Positions 1 through 11,146 are shown, counted from the stretch's first letter. The stretch: DNA of 64,000 nucleotides from Octopus sinensis (GCF_006345805.1 NC_043001.1:8370001-8434000); one strand, 5' to 3'. Program-made: numbers and translations. Notes: generated from the letters alone by a model not told the origin.

Positions 1-522
1 ATTACAAACGAGCTTTGATTTTTTTAATAAATAGAAATATTTTTTCATCGATTGCTGATATTTGCTTTCAATATACGATTGATGCAATTAAAAAAAAAAG
101 AAGCCCAATATACATATGCTAGGAATATAGAATTCAAGAAATTATTGAATCACAATACAATGTATTCATAAATCTTGTAAAAGCTTACGCCACACGTTAA
201 TAATAATAGTTCAGATATCAGTGAGTAAAAAGAGGGAAAGCCTTACGAATGCTGAGCAAGCATCGACACAATTTCGAATTTCTAACACGATACTTTTACG
301 TAGCGTAGTGTAAGAATCAAACCTTTTGGGACTTTGCATACTAAATATGTCAGACGTTTAAGCGACAAATATTATACAAAACCAGATATTCATTCAGAAC
401 CTGAGGAAATTTGGATTTCCTTTCATTACTTTTGATTTCTTAGTAAATGCTAAGCGGTTTATCCCAGCTTACAACAATAATTATATGTATGGATGTAGTT
501 AGGGATATATGCATCTATACAG

Positions 523-637
523 TTCTATGTTTAAGAAATGACGAATTATGTACATCATAAAAATTATTTAAAATTGACGGATATTTGTCCTCATCTTGTT
601 TGGTGTTAACACAACGTTTGGGCTGATATAACCTCCA
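523..637 (-). mobile_element. Truncated 3' tail of PLE-linked tRNA/HHR repeat family (family A), broken inside HHR stem II
   Basis: Reverse complement matches the tail at 11480-11602 (...cagccgaaacgttgtgttaacaacaaacaagatgaggacaaatatccgtc...). It abuts the + strand head of the next copy. Confidence 0.85.
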
Positions 638-714
638 TATGACGTAGTGGGTTAGAGCGCGAGCTACTAACCCCAAGATTCCGAGTTCGATTCTGAGCAG
701 TGACATGAATAATA

Positions 715-749
<35 letters not shown>

Positions 750-858
750 TAATAATAATAATGATAATAATAATAAGAAGAAGAAGAAGAAGAAGAAGAA
801 GGAGAAGAAGAAGAAGAAGAAGAAGAAGAAGAAGAAGAAGAAGAAGAAGATGATGATG

Positions 859-912
<54 letters not shown>

Positions 913-913
<1 letters not shown>

Positions 914-1210
914 CAGCAGATGACAACGTGTCTCTAAAAGAAATGGAGAAACTTTCAAAATACAAAGGCCTGGAAATAGAGGTAACTAGAATGTGGAATC
1001 TAAAAACAGAAACAATTCCTATCATAGTAGGCGCATTAGGTATGATAAAAAAAACACCAGGACTTACAAACACATATAACATACAGAAAATTGCACTGCT
1101 AGGCACTGCACACATCGTACGCAGAACACTTTCCATACAATAACTATGAGAGCCACTACCGAGCTGCGCTCGGTAGTGAGGTGAAAGCACGCTATAAAAA
1201 TAAAACTACG

Positions 1211-1212
<2 letters not shown>
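913..1212 (+). mobile_element. 3' end of an R4/Dong-like non-LTR retrotransposon (C-terminal restriction-like endonuclease plus 3' UTR), 5' truncated
   Basis: Translation SLKEMEKLSKYKGLEIEVTRMWNLKTETIPIIVGALG...IQKIALLGTAHIVRRTL* fits the KE.EK..KY..L..E..RMW...IPIIVGALG RLE C-terminus. Flanked on both sides by (TAA)n. Confidence 0.8.
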
Positions 1213-1285
<73 letters not shown>

Positions 1286-1348
1286 CAACAACAACATGAA
1301 GATCGACAAATGGCTTAGGAAGAGAACCCAGATTCGAAATTCGCCAAG

Positions 1349-1392
1349 ACATCTGATGAAGGCTGGAGGGTATATCAGCCGAAGCGTTGTGT
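1349..1392 (+). ncRNA. Minimal type I hammerhead ribozyme motif, probably inactivated (GAAA to GAAG)
   Basis: ACAT-CTGATGA-A-GGCTG(gagggtatat)CAGCC-GAAG-CG-TT-GTGT. Confidence 0.7.
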
Positions 1393-1504
1393 TAACAACA
1401 AACAAGATGAGGACAAATATCCGTCAAATGTTAATAACGTACATAATGTATATATGCATCTATGTATTTCTTTCATTGTATATATATGTTCCAGAATATA
1501 CGCA

Positions 1505-1522
1505 TAAATACACGCATACACA

Positions 1523-1557
<35 letters not shown>

Positions 1558-1574
1558 CACACACACACACACAC

Positions 1575-1632
<58 letters not shown>
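1505..1632. repeat. (CA)n/(TA)n compound microsatellite
   Basis: Direct inspection. Confidence 0.95.
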
Positions 1633-1633
<1 letters not shown>

Positions 1634-2513
1634 TTGTGTTGGTTCATTATTGGCAACGAAAGCATTGTTGTTTCGTAGTAGGTATCTGTCTGTCATATAT
1701 AACTTGGAAAGAGAGAGGACTATGCCCGAATGTGAGGGCTAAGAGCAGATAAGTGTATCGATAGCAGACGAAAAAGCCCATAAGTAGCGAGGGTAATTGC
1801 TTCGTCTAGATTTCTGCTTCTTTTAGCGTTATCTGCAGCAGATATCGACTAGCGTCTGAATTCTTAATGACTATAGTCTCTAATGATATACAAATGGTGT
1901 CGATAAATATTTTGAATAAATTAAACAACGTTCTTCCTTAAACACTCACCATCAGAACCCAGCGCAAATGCTATCAGGTAGGAATATAAAATATTTTATT
2001 TATACCATGTTCTGGTAAAAGCATTGTTTTATGTGTAAAATACTGATGTAATCATGACAATTTATGAATAAATGTAAGCATGCAACTGAAGGCATAAAAT
2101 ATGGAAATGAATATTGATTTGTAATTGTGTTATATATATATAATTTCAGAATTGAGCGGTAAATAACGTAAATAAGTTGTAAACTCAGATACATAGTCCC
2201 AATAACTGATAGGATTCAATATTGTTCAACATAATAGTTTGTATTTCAATGTAAGTAGACTCACCAGCAATATCCCGTAACTGATTCGCAAATCAATTTT
2301 CCCTCGTTGCTCTTATCAATTTATCACCGGACATCACGCTCATCCTTTCCCCCTACGGCATCGGAGTCATTATCAGCTGTCAATCTGTTTTTCCCTGGTT
2401 TTTACCGAGTCCTGTATTTTACTGACCCCTTCTCTCGCTTTTTCCTCCATTGCGACTTGGTTTATTATGGCTTATTTCGTTATAGTTTATTCATTATAGA
2501 TTGGTTCATAGGG

Positions 2514-2788
2514 TTCTATATTTAAGGAATTATGTACATTATATTTACATTATTTACATCTGACGGATATTTGTCTTCATCTTGTTTGTTGTTAACACAA
2601 CATTTAGGCTAATATACCTTCCAGCCTTAATCTGGAGCCTTGGAGAAATTTCGAACCTGGGTTCTCAGTCCTAAGATATTTTTCGATGATATCATTATTA
2701 TTCAGGTCACTACCTGGAGTCGAACTCGGAATCTGTGTTTCAACAGAGGGTGTCATATCAGGAAACTTGCAGCTCATATTCATAAACG

Positions 2789-2826
<38 letters not shown>

Positions 2827-2860
2827 AGCGTTCTTAACCACTATGCCATATGCCCGTGGG
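2514..2860 (-). mobile_element. Family A element (decayed HHR; tRNA head interrupted by an insertion)
   Basis: Tail and HHR at 2514-2690 with substitutions; B-box part of head at 2700-2734; A-box part at 2827-2860. Confidence 0.85.
2735..2826. repeat. ~90-bp interspersed repeat ending in (CTAT)n; second copy at 7301-7392
   Basis: gtttcaacagagggtgtcatatcaggaaacttgcagctcatattcataaacgtc versus gtttcaacacagggtatcatatcaggaaacttgcagctcatgttcataaacgtc. Confidence 0.85.
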
Positions 2861-3330
2861 CAATTATGGAGGGAATTTTAGCGCTTATAAATCTACTATG
2901 TCCTATCCTTACTTAATACCGCTTCCCATGTGCTTCTCACATCTGCACTCGGTCTACGTAGGAGATTGTTGTGTCCTAGCATATGTGCTGCTTCTTTTAG
3001 CTTTCGTATTTTCCAGTGGTGTTCTCTGTCTATTATTTTAACTTCATCCCATGGGGAAGGTGGTCTCCATCTTTCCATATATTATCAACGATACCCGATT
3101 TATCAATATCTCCTCGTGTCACAGATTTGAGATATTTCTCTACCCTTATTTTCTGGGGGCAGCAAGTTTAATCTTTGTATAACCTACCACAGCTACATAG
3201 GATGGAGTGCACGCAGTTTTTGGTCATATTCTCTTCTATTGGTTGTTTCACTCGGGTATATTTACCATGTGTTGTATTACTCCAGAACACCCTCCTGATG
3301 ACATGTGGATCGCACGTCTTTTGTATCTCC
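2861..3330 (-). pseudogene. PLE GIY-YIG endonuclease C-terminal relic directly upstream of the family A head
   Basis: Minus-strand translation KNCVHSILCSCGRLYKD*T...KIRVEKYLKSVTRGDIDKSGIVDNIW / WDEVKIIDREHHWKIRKLKEAAHM, with stops and a frameshift. Confidence 0.8.
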
Positions 3331-4561
3331 CCGAAAAGATACAAATTTGTTCAACTGGGTCCCTAGCAATCTGACATGTTTTATTATTTCTTCAACTGTT
3401 TTGCTTCTCAGGAATATTATCTTTGCCTCTCTGTACTGTTATTTTCCAATGTATTCATAATATATATACATATATATATATATATATACATTTCCATACT
3501 TGCTTATTTATAGATTTCTAGTCGTAGTGCAGTTATTTTCCTAAAATTATTAATTTAACCCCCCTCCTCTTATTTTGTGAAAAAGCTTTATTCTAATTTC
3601 TTCAGAGACATGTCGAGAGATCCATCGTTTCCCTGGTTAACCATTTAAAATTATTGCATTATTTTAATGCAAGCGTGAAATGATTATAAAATCGAGCGCA
3701 GGAGTTTATCTGTTGTGCGTTTAAAGACAATGTCACGCAGAATGATGTTATATAAATCAACCAACAAGTATATTTTAATTTCTTGCGGATGAGATGAAAC
3801 AAAAGTGTACTCCCGAAAAGTTGTTTGTTTTTTTTTAGACTGAATCTAAATTGAAAAGGGTTTACTTGTGTGTTCTCGGTCATTCATTGATTTGAATACG
3901 TCGAATCGGATTGACGTTTCAAAACAATTGACAACTTATTCTTAATTCTGTGGCAATATCGAATTATTGAAATAAAATTTAAAATTTGCAAGTAGAGCGA
4001 TAGAAAACTGAAGCATATAATTATTAAGGAAAATATCATGTATGCTACTGAAACATCTTATAACTGATAACGATTAATAGGCTATGAGTGTTGAGCAATT
4101 TTCCATTCTTTTTAATGCGACAATTAATGGAGTTGAAACGGCTTATACCGATGTGCGTATCTCAATCTTCCAGGATTCATTAGAATATTTCCTATATTTT
4201 ACGGTTCACGTTGCTCTTACCTAACATCAATGTTCCAGCTTAAAAGTAGTTTTTGCTGCTTGGAAATAAATAGTATTGTAAGTACTATAGTTTGTTCTTT
4301 TATGTGTAAATGTGTTATAATTTGAAATGCATGTATGCAGAACACGTGGCTATATTTTTGGTTTCGTTTGAAGAAGTATGTCTATAACAGGGATTTGGAA
4401 TTCCGTAGAGATATGTATAATATTTATTAAAACATACAGAGTAATATGTTTTTAATGCTATTAAGATTTATTATATCCGAAAGCAAAAACTGTCCCTACT
4501 ATTTTTATTAGTGGAGCTAATTCGCAATATCTGCAGACAAACGTGCTTTCAGTGTAGTTAG

Positions 4562-4990
4562 TTGTATGGAAGATGGCAGAATTCCCAAGAACTTTACGGT
4601 GAACATGCTAGGGGCACTAGGTCTTTTGGAAGACCGTTCTTACAGTACATGGATGTCTGCAATAGGGACATGAAGGCCTGCGACATCAATATTAGCAACT
4701 GGGAAGCGGTTGCCAGCAACCGTGGAGATTGGCGACGCACCATAGAAGAGAGAACACAAAGTGACAGAGGGAGAGAGGAGAAATGGAAAGACACCAAAAG
4801 ACAACAAGAAACTCTGACATTACAACCAGCCAGGCAAAGTCTTCGCTAAATCTGCGTCATCTGCCGGAGGGAGTGTTTGTCCAGGATAGGACTACACAGC
4901 CACAGCAGCAGATGTAAAGGACATGAGATGTAAAAAAACACACCGGTTCATTTTATGCGCAACTCCATTGTCTCCAGAGACATGTGATGC
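4562..4990 (+). mobile_element. RTE (BovB-like) LINE 3' fragment
   Basis: MEDGRIP / LYGEHARGTRSFGRPFLQYMDVCNRDMKACDINISNWEAVASNRGDWRRTI ... C.ICRRECLSRIGLHSHSSRC. Confidence 0.85.
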
Positions 4991-5339
4991 CAAGAACAAT
5001 TGTATGTGTATTTCCAATAACGAAGAAATATACGTTCCAACAGATTATTTATCTTTATTTGCATTCATTGTATTTTAAATGAACTTTCACTCGCTCTCTT
5101 CTGGGGGATTCGAGATATGTCTAAAGAAAATCTAGGGAGTTGTAATAATTCCATATTTGAGTGGTTATTGCTTTAATTCTGTACAATATTTTAAAGGTAA
5201 TAATAGACAACCCCAACAAGCACCCGAACTATAGGCTACCGCTTTTATCCACGGAACTCTAGCTGGAAACTAAGAATAGTTTCCATTATGCCAAACACAT
5301 GGCCCCTCAATATCTAGCCCTACAAGAACACAGCTAATG

Positions 5340-6060
5340 CAAATAACGCCAAGTTCAATATTCTAATAGCACACTTAGTGAGTGTGATGAAGAGTGTCCC
5401 TTATGTGCAAACCTATCGAAATGGAACGACACATACAACACTTCATTCACCGAATGCAAGTCTCTGGCTACAACCAAAGAGACAGGATTAGAGGGAACAA
5501 AGGAGCCAGAATGTTACTAAGAGGATGTTCCTGCTATACAGTAATAGATCCTGGAAGAGCACAAAAGGGACCAGAAAAAAAAATCAGATACGGCAAAATG
5601 ATGGTATGACAACAGAATACTAGGAATACTAGAGCATCATGTTCGTTAACGCTACACCTGACGCCGAACTGGCAAACGTGTTTAGATGAGCTTTAGATAA
5701 GGAAAATCTACTCCTTAAAGAAGTAGAAAGACATTGAACCTCCATAAAATCTCTGATTTCTAGATTTCATTCATCGATAGATCTCCATGTACGGAGATCA
5801 ATTGTACAGTATGTATGATTAACCCACACTTTAACTGTGAGGTTAGGAATATAGGATGTAGCTTACGATGTACTGAGGTATGGTGCTGAAACAAGACAAC
5901 AATATCCGTTTGGGAAACGGCGCGGAGGATAGGGGATCGAATAGGCGTACATTGGTGGCATCTTAAAAGGAATAAAAACAAGTGAGGGTTCTACCAACGT
6001 GCTCGAGTAGAACATAGAGGCTCGCTTAATGACACAGAGCTTAATGTACTATCAACGCAT
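5340..6060 (+). pseudogene. PLE thumb/linker/GIY-YIG relic (second PLE family)
   Basis: RMQVSGY ... SIMFVNATPDAELA ... C..C...FNCEVRNIGCSL.C ... TIS.WETARRIGDRIGVH across frames with stops; order matches the PLE thumb, Cys linker and GIY-YIG. Confidence 0.6.
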
Positions 6061-6352
6061 AGAAATGACAAGACACTTACATTACAGAGGTCACACACAT
6101 AGTAATAGACGTACCGAGCCGCAACAGAAAACAGTAATGTAAAAGTAAACCCCCATAGTTAACCAGTCATCACGACTAATGACAGAGGGGGAAATAACAC
6201 AGGTACAAACGTATAAAAGACAAGCATGCATATACCTCTGATGAATATAACAAATAAAGATAGATATGTAATAGGAATATACTATATAAAGGACACAGAT
6301 ACAAACTACATAGAAAGCAAAGCCATATACACACACAAATACACATGCAGCA

Positions 6353-6690
6353 GGAGGCGCAATGGCCCAGTGGTTAGGGCAGCGGACTCGCGGTCGGAGG
6401 ATCGTGATTTCGATTCCCAGACCGGACGTTGTGTGTGTTTATTGAGCGAAAACACCTGCTCCAGCAGGGGATGGTAGCGACCCCTGTTGTACTCTTTCGC
6501 TCCAACTTTCTCTCACTCTTTCTTCCTGTTTCTTGTCCCCGACTTCCTACGCAACCGCTGAGCCTGGATGCGCTTTCATCCATCCGTCGATGCTCTCGGG
6601 GTCGGGGGTTGACCTGCTTTCTCTACTGCGGGTCTTACGAATAGCAAAGGACCACGATTCGGACTTCTCCCACTGCGAGCTCTGGGATTG
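6353..6690 (+). mobile_element. tRNA-derived SINE (group 3, tail type a)
   Basis: A-box TGGCCCAGTGG, B-like GATTTCGATTCCC; first ~170 nt shared with 23193 and 26470. Confidence 0.85.
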
Positions 6691-7459
6691 AAGACCGCTT
6701 CGCTCAACAGCAACAGCAACAGCAACACATACAGCAACGTCACAAACAACAACAACGACAAATACGATAGCAACAATATGAACGAACACACAAACACAGC
6801 AAAATGCAGGAACATTATAAAAAGAAAAGGGTCAAGTACAGACGCAACAGCAACAGAAGAGATAACGCAAGTGAGCGGAGGGTCAACGTACCACTAACAA
6901 CAACGACGATAACGATAACAACAACATAAACAGTGGAGGGGTGCATATATACGCACATAAGCACAAATAAGTAACAGGTAGACATGGGGACGCACACGTA
7001 CGCACGAACACATACAGATGCACACAAACACACACACAACCAAACACACACATACAGACTAAAATCAGGTGCTGCTAAGGATTCACGTCATAGAAGAAGA
7101 GAATGGACTGAGCGGAGCAGGAATATAGAGGGGGACGAAACAGACTACTGAAGAAGTCACAGAGGTGTGACGAACGATGCCTGGACGGCGAACATACGAT
7201 AAAAGAAGAACAGCAATAAATGAGAGAACAACAACGAATAGATCGGGATTTTTCACAAAAAAAGCCAAAAAATTACAATCAAAAAATTTGAACAATATCT
7301 GTTTCAACACAGGGTATCATATCAGGAAACTTGCAGCTCATGTTCATAAACGTCCATCTATCTCTCTCTCTATCTGTCTGTCTATCTATTTATAGTTAGA
7401 CATGGCCTGGGCCAATAATGGCCGAAACCTATCAAAGTATCAAAGTATATAAATACAAA

Positions 7460-7493
7460 CACATACACACACACACATATATATATATATCTT

Positions 7494-7574
<81 letters not shown>

Positions 7575-7580
7575 CACATG
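7460..7580. repeat. (CA)/(TA)n microsatellite
   Basis: Direct inspection. Confidence 0.95.
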
Positions 7581-8129
7581 ACTGTATGATTTTTATCAAT
7601 CCCTGTATGTTTTGTATAAATATGGACAAAACATTCCTTCCAGCCATCAAATATTAAACAACTCCCTAATATTAAACACAGTTGCAAAAATATCTCCACG
7701 CATTAAATATATTTAAATCAATGTCATTTACAATCTAATAGTTAATATTTGTGAAGATAAAACAATAACGCTAACCAAACCTCTCTTTAATTTTCCCTGC
7801 ATATATAGATATAACACCTATGAAATATATCTCTATATTTAGACGGATAACGATCAAACTTATGAAATATCTCTGCATTATTTAACGCATTTATGGCAAT
7901 ACAATTTATAAATATATTTTGTAGAAATAAAACGAAGATGCAACGTTATTCTATCTTTTCAATCTATCCAGTACAACCCTTAAACAAGTAAATACTATTT
8001 TCCTAAATATATACACTTATTTCGGGTAATTACCTATTCACGAATATACCGTGAATGACAATTCTTTTCATGGCACTTCAGCCACTTGACAAGCGCAGCA
8101 TGAGGAAATGTTCTGATTTTAGACAAATT

Positions 8130-9345
8130 CACTGTCAACAGAAATGTCACACCCTGTTTACATGGAGAAACACCTTCTTAAAATCTATGTGTACATGTTG
8201 AAAATGGCCAGCGTGTATATCTCACAGAAGACAGTACTCGAAACGTAGTTCTGAATCGATGAGAAACCAGTTTACTGGGTGTTTATAGTATCATTAATTC
8301 GAGCGTTGAAAATGGAGGAGGCCTTTTCTTTCTGGATGCTCCAGGGAGAACTGGCAAAACTTTTGTTATCAACGTTCTTCTGGCTAAACTGTGCAAATGA
8401 AACACATTTCCATAGCAGTGTCTTCATGTGGCCGCACAGCTCATTCGTGTCTCAAAGTGCCTTTGCACCTGTTCAGCAAAGAGAAGGCAGTGGTTATATA
8501 AAAGGCAAACTTCTGGCAGAATCCAGGTTCATCATCTGGGATGAAGCAACAACGTGTCATAAGGTTTCCTTTGAAACTCTTGATATTTCCCTTCAGGATC
8601 TGAGACAGAACACTCGACTCAAGAGAGATGCCACAGTCTTGCTTGCAGGAGATATTAGACAGGCCCTTCCAGTGATTCCAAGGGAGACAAAATCAGACGA
8701 AGTAAATGTCAGCATAAAGTCCTCCTACCTATGGAGCTGTGTCCAAAAGCTAACCCCCACAACCAACATGAACGTGCAGCTCAGTGGTGATGATGCAGAC
8801 AGAACCTTTTCAAGACGTCGATAATGGCACTTCGGTTGGTGAGAAGCATGGCCGAGCAAGCTTTTGGACATATGGTATTTGATTTAAAGGAACTAATGAA
8901 CAACGTCTTTCCTAACCTGAGGAACCAGTTTACATAACACAACTGGCTTGAAACCCTTGCCATTTTAGTTCCAAAGAATGTGGGAGTTGATTATTTTTAA
9001 CTTTAAACTTTCGGAATTTTTGGAACGGGAACATCGCATCTGCAATTCCATTGAAGCTGTACTCAATATCGATGAAGCCGTGAATTATCCAGTTGAATTA
9101 TGGCATAGTCTCACCTCCTACCTCACAACTCAAGATTGGGATACCTCAAGATTGAGGCACCATTTATGCTGCTTCCAAACCTCGATGTACCAAAGCTTTG
9201 CAATGACACACGACTTATAATAAAGAAGATGATGCGAGCAATCTTGAAGACAACAGTTTTGACTGGTAAAGCAAGCGGTGAGCCGGTATTCGTTCCTAGA
9301 ATTCCCCTTATTCCCTTGGATATGTCTTTCCAGTAAAAGTTCCTG
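8130..9345 (+). pseudogene. Helitron RepHel PIF1-helicase relic, internally deleted and frameshifted
   Basis: VHVENGQRVYL; GGLFFLDAPGRTGKTFVINVLLAKL (Walker A); FIIWDEA (Walker B); VLLAGDIRQALPVIP; PFMLLPNLDVPKLCNDTRL; GEPVFVPRIPLIP. Confidence 0.9.
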
Positions 9346-9376
9346 TAATTCACGTGGAAACTAAGCTGTTGAAGCT

Positions 9377-9557
9377 AGATTCTCTTCAACATTTAAATTT
9401 AATTTGTGTCAAAATATTCTCGTTGCTTTGAAACAATGACAGGTAGGTTCACTGAGAAAACATGCAACACGAAGTTTGGTCAGTGAAGAGGTCGCGGTTT
9501 CAAATCGACGAACATATTTTGACACAAGCTAAATTTAAATGTTGAAGTGAATCTAAC
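9377..9557. mobile_element. MITE-like foldback, ~60-bp imperfect terminal inverted repeats
   Basis: tagattctcttcaacatttaaatttaatttgtgtcaaaatattctcgttgctttgaaac is the reverse complement of 9498-9557 with a few mismatches; inner ttcactga/tcagtgaa also pairs. Confidence 0.7.
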
Positions 9558-9779
9558 AGTTTTTCTTTTGTGTTTCAATTAGGGAAAACTCTAACTTCAT
9601 CTTCAATGGAATATAAAATCGTTATTGTATTGGGAGATATGAATCTGGTAGCGTTCTCATAGCACCTATAAATAACGCACATTATTTAATCTATACCAAA
9701 ACACCACGAAGGTAAATGAGTGTCTTTCGTCGTGTCCGGTATTTGTTTTCTGGCTGTGGTGCTGCCATGCTGATTCCAA

Positions 9780-10130
9780 AAATGCCGGTAGGAATTATCT
9801 AAAATGGAAGCATGGGCCGAAGACCTCAGTCCTGGAATTCAGGATGTACTGTGGAACGGGTGAGCCATTAAGTATCCTTGTACATTCGACAATGCATAAC
9901 AGGCAACGTTTTGTCACGTTGATGTAGGGGCCTGTGATCTGGAATAGTTTCCAATGTGGAATCTCGTAAGTGCCAGATATAGCTGGCCAACGATGTGATG
10001 TACCTAGTTTTCTAGATACATACTGCACTCGCGAGGAGTACTGATGAGTGGAAATACACGGTTTGAGAGAGTTCCCAGTGTCCGCCGCTTACTTCAGTGA
10101 GCGCAGGATGTCATTGCGCTGTTGCTTTTG
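9780..10130 (-). pseudogene. PLE GIY-YIG C-terminal relic (third PLE family)
   Basis: TGNSLKPCISTH ... WKLFQITGPYINVTKRCLLCIVECTRIL...LNSRTEVFGPCFH parallels the C-terminus of the endonuclease at 41063-41431. Confidence 0.65.
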
Positions 10131-10214
10131 TAGGGGGATGCTGTTGGTGTGTATGTTGCTGCTGTTGCTGGCGCCGTTGCTGTTGACGCTGATTCCACCG
10201 GTGGTACATTACTT

Positions 10215-10341
10215 CACGGATATTGACACAACATTTCGGCTGATACACCCACCAGCATTTCTGCAGAAGTTTCGAAGCTGGCTTCTCATCCCGAAAGTAT
10301 TTTTCGTCGTCGTCGTTGTTGTTGTTGCTGTTATTATTATG

Positions 10342-10386
<45 letters not shown>

Positions 10387-10966
10387 GAGTGAGAGAGCAG
10401 TTCATGCCATCAAAGTGACACTGGGGTAAAATATACGAAGCCCAATATACCCATCATGACTACCCGTCTGATAAGGGTACACCAGGCACTTGCATCACAA
10501 CCTTATGTGCGCGGCATGGTGATCTCATATCAAGATAAACAGCACATGACCTTGCAGGTGGGGCCCAGTTAGAATTTTCTTCAGGTTGAGTAGCCCATCA
10601 CGCTCAAAAGGTCCCTGAATAAAGGTTGTTTAAGGATGTTGAAAGAACCACCCATGTTTCCAGAGGTGAATTATTCAAACCCCAAAGAATCCCTCTCAAC
10701 ACATGGCTATGATGCTCCCCCACTACTTCGGCTCATGATCAGAGATGCACATATCGTCAGCCACCAAGGGGCATGCTCAACTGGTTAAGGTCAAACAACT
10801 GACAAGCAAATCTGTGGTATTTAGCAGAATATTTGCTGTAGCCCATCTTTTATACCAAGACAAAACAATGTACATGATAACACTTCCAATCAGTTAAGAT
10901 CAGAAGCCATGAGAGCCACTGCCTGGTACTGCATCAGGGCATTTATTATTATTATTATTATTATTA

Positions 10967-11030
<64 letters not shown>

Positions 11031-11146
11031 CATTAGTATTATTATTATCATTATTATTATTATTATTATTATTCAGCCCACAACTTGGTTTCGAATTCGA
11101 ATCTTGGGGTTAGTAGACCGCGCTCTTAATCACTGCGCCATATTCC
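10215..11146 (-). mobile_element. Family A element with a nested ~560-bp insertion in its (TTA)n tract
   Basis: Degenerate tail 10215-10310, (TTA)n tracts, tRNA-like head 11073-11146 (atggcgcagtgattaagagcgcggtctactaaccccaag). Confidence 0.75.
10387..10944. mobile_element. ~560-bp non-coding element inserted in a (TTA)n microsatellite
   Basis: Complex sequence bounded sharply by (TTA)n on both sides; no recognisable ORF. Classification as an interspersed repeat is from recollection of octopus repeats. Confidence 0.6.

Larger units (their letters stand above)
635..1450 (+). mobile_element. Family A element: tRNA-like head, (AAT)n/(GAA)n tract with nested R4-like fragment, HHR tail
   Basis: Head 635-707 has A-box-like TGACGTAGTGG and B-box GAGTTCGATTC; tail 1296-1450 matches the copies at 2514, 11420 and 55745. 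Confidence 0.85.

Noticed and set aside
635-707. tRNA-like sequences (also 6353, 11073, 11309, 23193, 33576, 56031) as real tRNA genes
   Set aside because: Acceptor stems do not pair and each continues into a repeat body; they are retroposon heads.
515-1752. Long ORFs with poly-L/S/I/Y/H-T tracts (also 14549-16743, 30828-31717, 32493-33087, 35131-35476, 39792-40284, 55794-56300, 62784-63149)
   Set aside because: They are translations of di-, tri- and tetranucleotide microsatellites that lack stop codons; not genes.
3294-3345. CTGATGA ... GAAA on the + strand
   Set aside because: No stem II or stem I pairing; it lies antisense within the PLE ORF relic.
1951-4237. Minus-strand micro-exon candidates (1951-1971 and 4220-4237; strong donor also at 2264)
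   Set aside because: Good donors (GTGAGT, GTAAGA), but such short AG...GT windows arise by chance and I could not join them into a consistent frame. RNA-seq would be needed.
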